63,312 nucleotides of DNA, taken from assembly GCA_034660175.1 (NCBI GenBank), contig JAYEIQ010000018.1, forward strand, positions 1 to 63,312, read 5' to 3'. Positions 56,459-63,312 of the stretch are shown here, piece by piece; the first letter of the stretch is position 1; every line of letters starts with the position of its first letter. The DNA comes from Patescibacteria group bacterium (GTDB lineage: Bacteria; Patescibacteriota; Minisyncoccia; Moranbacterales; DUUL01). Position numbers and translations under genes: made by a program. The notes beneath the pieces were generated by a model. The model saw only the letters and a program-made list of their open reading frames with translations, did not search any database and was not told the DNA's origin.

Positions 56459-57613
56459 ATGAAAGTAGTTTTTATCGGACAAAAAGGAATACCAACGCTA
56501 ATGGGAGGGATCGAGCGTCATGTTGAAGAGCTGACGATTCGTCTAGCGAAACAAGGTCATGACGTTATCGTGTATACACGTCCGAATTATTCTGACAAGA
56601 AGCTCAATGAATATAAAGGAGTGAGACTTGTCAGTTTGCCAAGTTTAGCGACAAAACATCTGGATGCAATATCGCATACTTTTTTTGCCTGTTTGGATGT
56701 TTCTTTTCGCAGAGACATTGACGTGATTCATTTCCATTCAATTGGTCCATCATTCTTTATTTGGTTGGCAAAATTGTTGAATCCACTAACTCCTGTTGTT
56801 GCAACTTTTCATTCTCAGTGCTATTACCATAAAAAATGGGGAAAATTTGCAAAATTTTCTTTGAAAGTTGGTGAATATGTTTGTTGCAAATTTCCAGATA
56901 GACTGATCACAGTTTCAAAAAATCTTAGAAGATATGTCTTAAAAAAATATGGAGTTAAAGCATCATATGTTCCAAATGGGGTTCCGAATTATTCACCAGT
57001 GAAGCCTGATGAAATAAAGAAAAGAGGACTTGAGAAAGGAAGCTATATTTTTTATGGAGGAAGATTGATTCGTCACAAAGGTCTGCACTATTTAATAGAG
57101 GCATTTTCAAAAGTTCGGACAGACAAAAGGCTTGTCATTAGTGGCGAAGGAATGTTTACGGACAATTATGAGCAAGAACTTAAACATTCAGCACAAAAAG
57201 ATCCTCGTGTCATGTTAATTGGGAGAATTGACGGAACAAGCAAAGAATTGGCAGAATTATTTTCTAATGCATATATATATGCTCATCCAACAGAAGCTGA
57301 AGGACTTTCCATTTCTCTTTTGGAGACGATGTCTTATGGCGTTGTGCCGTTAATAAGTAATATTCCTGAAAATCTTGAAGCAGTTGAACAAGCAGGTTTC
57401 GTCTTTGAAAGTGGAAATGTTGAAGATTTGAGAGGGAAGTTGCAACACCTCATTGACAATCCGGACGAAGTCAGAAGTAAGGAAATGTTGGGAAAAGAGC
57501 GTGTCGAAGAGTGCTATAGCTGGGATGTAATTGCTGAAGACATTGCAAACGTCTATAGGGATGCACAATCCGAATGTCGGTTTAATCTTCGAAAGTGTTT
57601 CAAATTTAAATAA
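56459..57613 (+). CDS. Family 4 glycosyltransferase
   Basis: MKVVFIGQKGIPTLMGGIERHVEEL, and HPTEAEGLSISLLETMSYGVVPLISN. The ORF opens at 56423, and that start would overlap the previous gene. Confidence 0.85.
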   Translation: MKVVFIGQKGIPTLMGGIERHVEELTIRLAKQGHDVIVYTRPNYSDKKLNEYKGVRLVSLPSLATKHLDAISHTFFACLDVSFRRDIDVIHFHSIGPSFFIWLAKLLNPLTPVVATFHSQCYYHKKWGKFAKFSLKVGEYVCCKFPDRLITVSKNLRRYVLKKYGVKASYVPNGVPNYSPVKPDEIKKRGLEKGSYIFYGGRLIRHKGLHYLIEAFSKVRTDKRLVISGEGMFTDNYEQELKHSAQKDPRVMLIGRIDGTSKELAELFSNAYIYAHPTEAEGLSISLLETMSYGVVPLISNIPENLEAVEQAGFVFESGNVEDLRGKLQHLIDNPDEVRSKEMLGKERVEECYSWDVIAEDIANVYRDAQSECRFNLRKCFKFK

Positions 57614-57618
57614 AAAAC

Positions 57619-58542
57619 ATGAAGGAGGTTTATCTGAAACTCAAAAATAAACTTTGGATTGAGCAGTGGAATGTTGGTGTTTTGAAAGCATCAAAGAAGG
57701 ACGTGGTTCGTGGAGAAGTGAATTTTTCCAAAGCGAAGTGGTTGTTGAATGAGAAAAAAAACGGATTTTATGCAGACCCATTTTATTTGTCTGTGAACAA
57801 CAAGCATTATATTTTTTTTGAAGAGTTTGAAGGAGAGAATCAAAAAGGAAAAATTTCATATGTTGAACTTTCTTCTGATTCAAAAATTACAGTTGCTTCT
57901 GAAAGCAAGACAGCCATTGAAAAAACTATCCACATGTCATTCCCTTTGTTTTTTGATAAGAATGATCAGAAGTTCATGATTCCAGAGACATCTGATGCAA
58001 ATGAAGTTGCTATGTATGAAATGGGTGATAATGTCGATGAATGGAAAAGAAAATTTGTGTTGCTCAAAGATTTTCCGGCACTAGATTCGATAATCTTTTT
58101 TCACGAAGGAAAATACTGGCTTTTTTGCACAAACGCCGAGGAAGGACCCAATAGTCATTTGTACGCATTTTTTTGCGAGGATTTGGAAGGAGAATGGAAA
58201 CCGCACAAGAAAAACCCAATAAAGATTGATCTTGAAAGTGCAAGACCTGCCGGGCCGGTTTTCCGGTATGATGATGAATTGTTTCGTCCTGCACAAAATT
58301 GCCAAGGCACATATGGGAAAGAAATAGTCATTAACAAAATCAAAAAACTTACTCCTGATGAATTTTCCGAAGAGAAAGTGTCAGTGTTGTCTCCATTTGG
58401 ATCAAAAAAATATACGAAAGGCATTCATACAATTTCATTTTTTGGTGAGCATCTTCTGATTGATGGTAAGCGGTTTGCTGGAATCAAGAAATATTTTTAC
58501 CCAATTGTTGCTATGTTGAAAAAAGTAATTTCAAAAAAGTGA
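57619..58542 (+). CDS. Hypothetical protein of the glycan locus (possibly a glycoside-hydrolase-like beta-propeller fold)
   Basis: 307-aa ORF with W.VGV...ADPFYL...HYIFFEEFE...GKISY. I associate this pattern only loosely with proteins found in polysaccharide clusters. The assignment is not secure. Confidence 0.55.
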   Translation: MKEVYLKLKNKLWIEQWNVGVLKASKKDVVRGEVNFSKAKWLLNEKKNGFYADPFYLSVNNKHYIFFEEFEGENQKGKISYVELSSDSKITVASESKTAIEKTIHMSFPLFFDKNDQKFMIPETSDANEVAMYEMGDNVDEWKRKFVLLKDFPALDSIIFFHEGKYWLFCTNAEEGPNSHLYAFFCEDLEGEWKPHKKNPIKIDLESARPAGPVFRYDDELFRPAQNCQGTYGKEIVINKIKKLTPDEFSEEKVSVLSPFGSKKYTKGIHTISFFGEHLLIDGKRFAGIKKYFYPIVAMLKKVISKK

Positions 58543-59195
58543 GCAAAATTGATATAATAAAAGAACTCATCAAAAGAAATATGCAAACAGGAGATCCAAA
58601 AAAAGAACACGTCAAAGATAAATTCAAAATTCTTTCAAAAATTTGGGAAGGATTTGTGATATCAATAACAATTGCTGTTTTTTTGACTGTGCTGACAGTT
58701 CTTGGTTTGAAGATATATTTTCTTTCTGAATCAATATTCAATTTAGCCGTTGATTGTCTTGATAGGAAAATTGAACAAGAGCAGATGATATATCACGCTG
58801 ACGCATTGAAAACACTGAACAATATCCAAAGAGATATTTGGTTGATAGACGAAAAGATTCAGAAGCTTGAACAAAGAGAACCACTTTCTATTGATGAGAA
58901 AACGAAATTGAATCGAGATTTGAAAAAAATAGAAGAATCATCAATCTTGTTGGAAAGCAGTTTTGACGAATATTTTGATGACATTTCTATCCAGGTGTAC
59001 CCTCGTTCTAACAAGCAAGTGACATCATTTGTTTATGAGACGAGGAATTTTTCTCTGACATTGAATCGATTTGTGAGAACAATTGAAATATGTTTGTTTT
59101 TGGATGAAGATTTCAATGAAGATCAAACTGCTCTTGTTCTGGACAACTATTATGATGTGCTTTGGTATATTGAACAATTTGGATTACTCGAGTGA
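58539..59195 (+). CDS. Membrane-anchored hypothetical protein
   Basis: 218-aa ORF with one TM (GFVISITIAVFLTVLTVLGL). Its GTG start overlaps the previous stop by 4 nt. Confidence 0.5.
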   Translation: MSKIDIIKELIKRNMQTGDPKKEHVKDKFKILSKIWEGFVISITIAVFLTVLTVLGLKIYFLSESIFNLAVDCLDRKIEQEQMIYHADALKTLNNIQRDIWLIDEKIQKLEQREPLSIDEKTKLNRDLKKIEESSILLESSFDEYFDDISIQVYPRSNKQVTSFVYETRNFSLTLNRFVRTIEICLFLDEDFNEDQTALVLDNYYDVLWYIEQFGLLE

Positions 59196-59228
59196 TTGAG
59201 AAATGAATAAATTTTTGAAAAGTTTTTC

Positions 59229-60404
59229 ATGAAAATTGGAATTAATGCTTCGTTTGCAAGAAAGCCAGACTCGGGAACAGGTCAGGTGACAATAAATTAT
59301 TTGAAAAAGTTGATTGAAATTGGGCATCCCGAGCACTCTTTTGTTTTGTATTTGGAAGAAGATTTGCCCGAGAGTCTTGTATTGCCGAAAAACTTTGAAA
59401 AAAAGATCTTTCTTCCTTTGTATCGTCGAGATGATCTGATTAGGAAGATAAAATGGGAAAGAAAAATTCTTCCCAAAAAAGTGCAACAAGATGGCTGTGA
59501 TGTTTTGTTTTCGCTCTATCAATCAGCGACAATCACAAAACAAACAAAACACGTGATGCTTGTTCATGATGTGGTATGGAAGATCTTTCCAAAATATTTA
59601 GGCAATTTTAGAAAGAAAATATATTACAAGCTTATTGAAAAGGCCATGAGAAAGGCTGACAAAATAATCACAATTTCGCAAAATTCAAAACAAGACATTG
59701 AAAAGCTGTGTGGAATTTCTGGAGAGAAAATATCAGTTTCTCTGAATGATTGTGACCCACTTTTCAAAGAAGATATATCTAAAAAAAGATCTAATGAAAT
59801 TTTACAAAAATACAATCTTGGTGAGGATGATGAGAAATCATATATCTTTTATGTGGGAGGCTTTGATGTGCGCAAGAACATAAGAAATCTCATTGAGGGC
59901 TATGCTCTTTTTTGGAAAAGATATCATAAGGAAATGAATATCCCATACTTGGCTTTGGCTGGAAATTTTCATTCCAAGTTGGTTCCTTTGGTCACGGACA
60001 TTCCTCAAACAATAGTTCATGTGAACAAAAAATATGGTTGTCCGGAGAAGAACATCAAACTTCTTGGTTTTGTCGAGCAAAGAGATCTGCCAAGTTTGTA
60101 CAATGAAGCAGAGCTTTTTTGTTATCCTTCACTTTACGAAGGTTTTGGACTGCCTGTGCTCGAAGCAATGAATTGTGGTTGCCCGATTGTGACTTCCAAC
60201 GTTTCTTCAATACCAGAGATTGTCAGTGGAAAAGATGCGTTGCTTGTTGATCCACGACAAAGTGAAGACATTGCAAAAGCAATTCATGTTATGTTGACTG
60301 ATCAAGAATTGAGAAATGAAAAAATTCACAGCGCGAAAGAAAGTGCAAAAAAATTTAGTTTGGATAAGTTTGTGGAATCAATTATCGCTACAATAACCAA
60401 GTAA
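59229..60404 (+). CDS. Family 4 glycosyltransferase (mannosyltransferase-like)
   Basis: MKIGINASFARKPDSGTGQV, and YPSLYEGFGLPVLEAMNCGCPIVTSNVSSIPEI. Confidence 0.85.
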   Translation: MKIGINASFARKPDSGTGQVTINYLKKLIEIGHPEHSFVLYLEEDLPESLVLPKNFEKKIFLPLYRRDDLIRKIKWERKILPKKVQQDGCDVLFSLYQSATITKQTKHVMLVHDVVWKIFPKYLGNFRKKIYYKLIEKAMRKADKIITISQNSKQDIEKLCGISGEKISVSLNDCDPLFKEDISKKRSNEILQKYNLGEDDEKSYIFYVGGFDVRKNIRNLIEGYALFWKRYHKEMNIPYLALAGNFHSKLVPLVTDIPQTIVHVNKKYGCPEKNIKLLGFVEQRDLPSLYNEAELFCYPSLYEGFGLPVLEAMNCGCPIVTSNVSSIPEIVSGKDALLVDPRQSEDIAKAIHVMLTDQELRNEKIHSAKESAKKFSLDKFVESIIATITK

Positions 60405-60414
60405 AACACGAAGC

Positions 60415-62070
60415 ATGAAATTCAAAGAATATATTTTTGCATCGATTAGTTGTGTTTTGGTGAGTGTTATTTTGATTATAAGCGATCTTTTCGACTTCAA
60501 TCATTTAGCTAATTTCCTTTTCATTTTGGTTTCACTTGTCTGTATGCTTATCGCATGGAAAAATGCAAATTGGTTATTCTGGCTGTTTTTTGCGCTGCTT
60601 CCGTTGGAGAAAGTAGTTATTTCTCCAATCAACTTTCCTTTGTCGCTCAGGCCATATCAACTTATAGGGGCGATTTTAATTGTTGTGATGATCGCTAAAT
60701 GGGTGATTGGAAAAAGCAAATTTCGATTTATAAGCTTCAAGAAAATTTGTCTTCTTTGTCGACTGGCAGTTGGAGATAAATGTGATCTTGGAAAAAGTCA
60801 AAAATCATTTGGTTTTTATGATAGACTCGTTTTTTCATTGCCGATTTTTGCTTTTCTGGGACTTGTGAGTTCTCCGGACAGAGCAGTTTCATTGAAATTG
60901 ACATTGGTGCTGATTTCATTTATTGCACTATTTTGGTTGGCTCGGAATTTCCTGCAAACAACGATTAGACGGCTTGAGGCTCTCTGGTTTTTTGCAATTG
61001 GCTCCATCCCGGTACTTTTGTTTGGCATTTATCAATCATTGGCATTCAAGCTTGGATGGAGGCATTTTGAGGTTTTTGAAGCGAGGATCAATGCAACTTT
61101 TACTGAGCCGGATTGGTTTGGGATCTACCTGGCTTTCTTGCTCGCACTTGAATTGTTGTTTTTGATAGCGATTGAGAAATCGAAAGTGCAGAAAGTTATG
61201 ATTGGGAAGTTTGATGCATTTAAGTTGGCAAGAGGAGCTGTATTCGCCGATGTTTTCCTCATAATATCGTTGTTGATCATGACTGTTTCTCGGAGTGCGT
61301 GGCTTGGAGCAGCGATTGTCATCCTTGCTTTTTTTGCAGGATCGTTTTTTATTTTCAAGGAAAATCTCAGCTATGTTGCTGGAAAAAATTTGGCTGCGCT
61401 CGCCCTTGTTTTTGTTTTGAGTTTTATCACAATAAATCTACTGGATCTTTCTGATTTTCATTTTGCCAACAGAGCTTCCAGTTCAGTTAGTGGAATGCAA
61501 AAAATTACGATAAGTTGTGAGAAGGGAAGTAATGTTCCCAGGGAGATAGAAAATATTTCAAAATTGGGAAAGTATGATTGCAGACATATCAATCTGGAGG
61601 AAATCGCAACAGAGATTTCCGCTGGAAATGAAGTAAAAGAAGTTTTTAGACCTGATCCAAATGTGCAAATTAGGAAAAATATTTATGCGCAATCTTGGCA
61701 ACAAATAAAAAAACATCCAATTCTTGGACAAGGCCTGGGAAGTAGCTCAGCAATCTTGGGAAAGGATTCACATGGAAGTGGTTTCAACGCATCAAACATT
61801 TTTCTCGAGACATGGTTTTCGATGGGTATTGGTGGGCTTGCAGTGATCGTTTTGGTGTTGCTGGCCCCTCTGGTGAAGGCAAAAAAGAAGCTTCTTGACC
61901 TGAAAAGTGGAAAAACTGAGATAGTAAAAAATGTACAATTTGGTCTGTTGTTTGTTTTGTTTACATCAGGAGCGATCATTATTCCAAATCTTTTCAACTC
62001 GGGGTTGCTTCTTGGATTCTTCTGGATTTGGTTGGCAGCAATAATCAGTGTGATTGATGAAGTTGAATAA
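60415..62070 (+). CDS. Large O-antigen ligase/polymerase-like (Wzy_C-type) membrane protein
   Basis: 551-aa multi-TM protein. Motifs are TVSRSAWLGAAIVILAFF and an extracytoplasmic loop reading GQGLGSS...ASNIFLETW. Confidence 0.7.
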   Translation: MKFKEYIFASISCVLVSVILIISDLFDFNHLANFLFILVSLVCMLIAWKNANWLFWLFFALLPLEKVVISPINFPLSLRPYQLIGAILIVVMIAKWVIGKSKFRFISFKKICLLCRLAVGDKCDLGKSQKSFGFYDRLVFSLPIFAFLGLVSSPDRAVSLKLTLVLISFIALFWLARNFLQTTIRRLEALWFFAIGSIPVLLFGIYQSLAFKLGWRHFEVFEARINATFTEPDWFGIYLAFLLALELLFLIAIEKSKVQKVMIGKFDAFKLARGAVFADVFLIISLLIMTVSRSAWLGAAIVILAFFAGSFFIFKENLSYVAGKNLAALALVFVLSFITINLLDLSDFHFANRASSSVSGMQKITISCEKGSNVPREIENISKLGKYDCRHINLEEIATEISAGNEVKEVFRPDPNVQIRKNIYAQSWQQIKKHPILGQGLGSSSAILGKDSHGSGFNASNIFLETWFSMGIGGLAVIVLVLLAPLVKAKKKLLDLKSGKTEIVKNVQFGLLFVLFTSGAIIIPNLFNSGLLLGFFWIWLAAIISVIDEVE

Positions 62071-62656
62071 AGAAAACATCAACGGAGCTGTCAAAGTTCT
62101 CAAGAATGGAGGAATTGCCGTTTTACCGACAGACACGATCTATGGAATTCATTGTCTTGCTTTGGACAAAAAAGCCGTGGAAAGGGTCTATGAAGTCAGA
62201 AAGCGTGACAAAAACAAACCTTGCATAATCCTGATCAGCAACGTCAAGCAGATTGAAAAGTTCGGCATTGGGTTGTTTGAGAAAACAGAATCTTTTTTTC
62301 AAAAAATATGGCCAGGCAAAGTTTCGATTATCCTTCCTATTTCAAGAAAGCACCAAAAAGAATTTGAATTTTTGCATAGAGGGGTGCGCTCACTTGGTTT
62401 TCGGATGCCTGCACTCAGTGGGATCAGGAAAATTATTGAACAAACTGGGCCGCTCATTTCAACAAGTGCAAATTTTCAAGGGACGTCCCCGGCAAAAAAC
62501 GTTAAGGAAGCCAAAGAATATTTTGGTGACAAAGCTGATTTCTATCTGGATGGAGGGGCGTTGGACGCTACTCCTTCGAGTTTGGCTAAAATTGAACATG
62601 GCAAGCTTGAAGTTTTGCGCAAAGGAGAAATAGACTTGGAAAAGGTTGATTTTTGA
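62057..62656 (+). CDS. tsaC: L-threonylcarbamoyladenylate synthase (YrdC/Sua5 family)
   Basis: GGIAVLPTDTIYGI, RVYEVRKRDKNKP and ISTSANFQG. Confidence 0.88.
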   Translation: MKLNKENINGAVKVLKNGGIAVLPTDTIYGIHCLALDKKAVERVYEVRKRDKNKPCIILISNVKQIEKFGIGLFEKTESFFQKIWPGKVSIILPISRKHQKEFEFLHRGVRSLGFRMPALSGIRKIIEQTGPLISTSANFQGTSPAKNVKEAKEYFGDKADFYLDGGALDATPSSLAKIEHGKLEVLRKGEIDLEKVDF

Positions 62657-62772
62657 TATCAGGAGTGTATAATTGTCTTATTGCTTTGAAAATTACAATT
62701 TAAATATAGATTTAAATCTATATTTGATCATAGTATTAATTCTATGATCAATTGAAAGTAGAATGCATATCT

Positions 62773-62877
62773 GGGGGCGTATCCGCCCAAGCGAAGCTTG
62801 TTCGGACAAGGCTCAGCTTGGTTACCCGCCCGAACGACTGGTATCGTTCAGTCGGGCGGGGAGCGATTGCCTGTCAC
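62773..62877 (+). pseudogene. Decayed copy of the 5' half of tRNA-Asp (nt 1-38) carrying two GC-rich insertions
   Basis: GGGGGCGTA, then a 29-nt insert (62782-62810), then GCTCAGCTTGGTTA, then a 36-nt insert (62825-62860), then GAGCGATTGCCTGTCAC. With the inserts removed, it matches 63126-63163 of the intact tRNA with one mismatch. The upstream ATCT is also shared. Similarity stops exactly after the anticodon loop. Confidence 0.75.
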
Positions 62878-62883
62878 AAGAAC

Positions 62884-63117
62884 ATGTACATTGTTTATGT
62901 TCTGGAAGATGACAACGGAAAGTTATATAAAGGGATGACAAATAACATTTCTCGTCGTCTTGCGGAACATGAACGAGGAAAAACTATAACTACCGGCAAG
63001 ATGGCGAATCCCGGACTCGTTTATAAAGAAGAATTTGAAGACAGGAATGAGGCAAGAAAAAGAGAGGTTTATTTTAAGTCAGCAGCAGGAAGAAGATTTT
63101 TGAGAACTAAATTATAG
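62884..63117 (+). CDS. Mini GIY-YIG nuclease-domain protein (77 aa)
   Basis: MYIVYVLEDDNGKLYKGMTNNISRRLAEHERGK...EEFEDRNEARKREVYFKS has the GIY/YIG, R, E and N elements in order. ORF-track entry 62752-63117 extends upstream through the tRNA-like sequence, and I reject that extension. Confidence 0.8.
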   Translation: MYIVYVLEDDNGKLYKGMTNNISRRLAEHERGKTITTGKMANPGLVYKEEFEDRNEARKREVYFKSAAGRRFLRTKL

Positions 63118-63125
63118 GTAAATCT

Positions 63126-63200
63126 GGGGGCGTAGCTCAGCTTGGTTAGAGCGACTGCCTGTCACGCAGTAGGTCGCCGGTTCGAGTCCGGTCGTCCCCG
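63126..63200 (+). tRNA. tRNA-Asp (anticodon GTC), 75 nt, with no encoded CCA
   Basis: The cloverleaf was folded by hand. The acceptor is GGGGGCG/CGTCCCC (one G-U), the D arm GCTC/GAGC, and the anticodon stem ACTGC/GCAGT with loop CTGTCAC. The T arm is GCCGG-TTCGAGT-CCGGT and the discriminator is G. Confidence 0.92.
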
Positions 63201-63210
63201 CAAATCAAAG

Positions 63211-63240
63211 AAAAGGCTCCAAACAGGAGCTTTTTTGTTT
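63211..63240 (+). terminator. Intrinsic terminator after tRNA-Asp
   Basis: AAAAGGCTCC-aaaca-GGAGCTTTTT forms a stem followed by a T-run. Confidence 0.6.
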
Positions 63241-63256
63241 TCTGAGTTGTGATAGA

Positions 63257-63312
63257 ATGAAGGTATCCATAGATGCATCTATGGATGAATCTAAAAACAT
63301 AAACACCAAAAA
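63257..63312 (+). CDS. Possible 5' end of an ORF running off the window
   Basis: ATG at 63257 (MKVSIDASMDESKNINTK...). TGATAGAAT lies upstream. Only 18 codons are visible. Confidence 0.25.
   Translation, partial: MKVSIDASMDESKNINTK
63266..63285. repeat. 20-nt perfect palindrome TCCATAGATGCATCTATGGA
   Basis: Read directly from the sequence. It is centred on ATGCAT and overlaps the first codons of the edge ORF. Confidence 0.9.

Noticed and set aside
62752-62883. N-terminal extension of the GIY-YIG ORF (TTG at 62752, 44 extra codons)
   Set aside because: The extension is simply the tRNA-like half-copy and its GC-rich inserts read in frame. The GIY-YIG domain begins at the ATG at 62884 (MYIVYVL...), as in other stand-alone members.
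62773-63200. An intron-containing (group I or BHB) or split tRNA-Asp, with the GIY-YIG gene as an intron ORF
   Set aside because: The downstream tRNA is complete (both halves, 75 nt) and folds into a normal cloverleaf on its own. The upstream copy has no 3' half. A duplication or cassette-insertion model fits better than splicing.

Overview
This is an AT-rich, gene-dense bacterial chromosome segment. Hand counts give about 19/60 G+C in typical lines. It uses the standard genetic code: gyrB ends in TGA and other conserved genes end in TAA or TAG. The gene content points to a Patescibacteria/CPR-like genome, which is an inference: archaeal-type AspRS, many short N-terminally anchored hypothetical proteins, a free-standing mini GIY-YIG gene next to a tRNA, and compact peptidoglycan and division genes. 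Recognisable housekeeping genes are aspS, scpA/scpB, a DD-carboxypeptidase, mraY, gyrB, gap, murI, murD, acyP, mltG, an ftsW/rodA-family gene, ispG, ispH, rplY, the jag-yidC-rnpA-rpmH cluster (rpmH is missing from the ORF track), an ftsB/divIC-like gene, glyA, folD, a MacAB-like efflux set, a parvulin PPIase, a ferredoxin, HtrA, tsaC and one tRNA-Asp(GTC). A surface-glycan locus spans about 45.9-62.1 kb with two Wzz-like genes, two O-antigen-ligase-like genes, three GT4 genes, a radical SAM gene and unknowns. I saw no rRNA, CRISPR array, integrase, transposase or reverse transcriptase. Seven things are most worth a second look. (1) A GC-elevated block of four or five same-strand genes at 48.1-52.7 kb encodes only exported proteins of unrecognised family; it sits inside the glycan locus and has its own near-consensus promoter and long leader. 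(2) At 62.77-63.20 kb a decayed copy of exactly the 5' half of tRNA-Asp, carrying two GC-rich hairpin insertions, is followed by a 77-aa GIY-YIG gene and then the intact tRNA-Asp. (3) An HtrA paralog has lost all three catalytic residues. (4) A second YbaK-like gene carries an in-frame TAA. (5) A GC-rich element of about 109 nt with a long closing stem lies beside a tandem palindrome. (6) A GC-elevated exported-protein gene is cut by the 5' window edge and is absent from the ORF track. (7) There are several long perfect palindromes. All functional calls rest on motif recognition by eye; no database search was possible.
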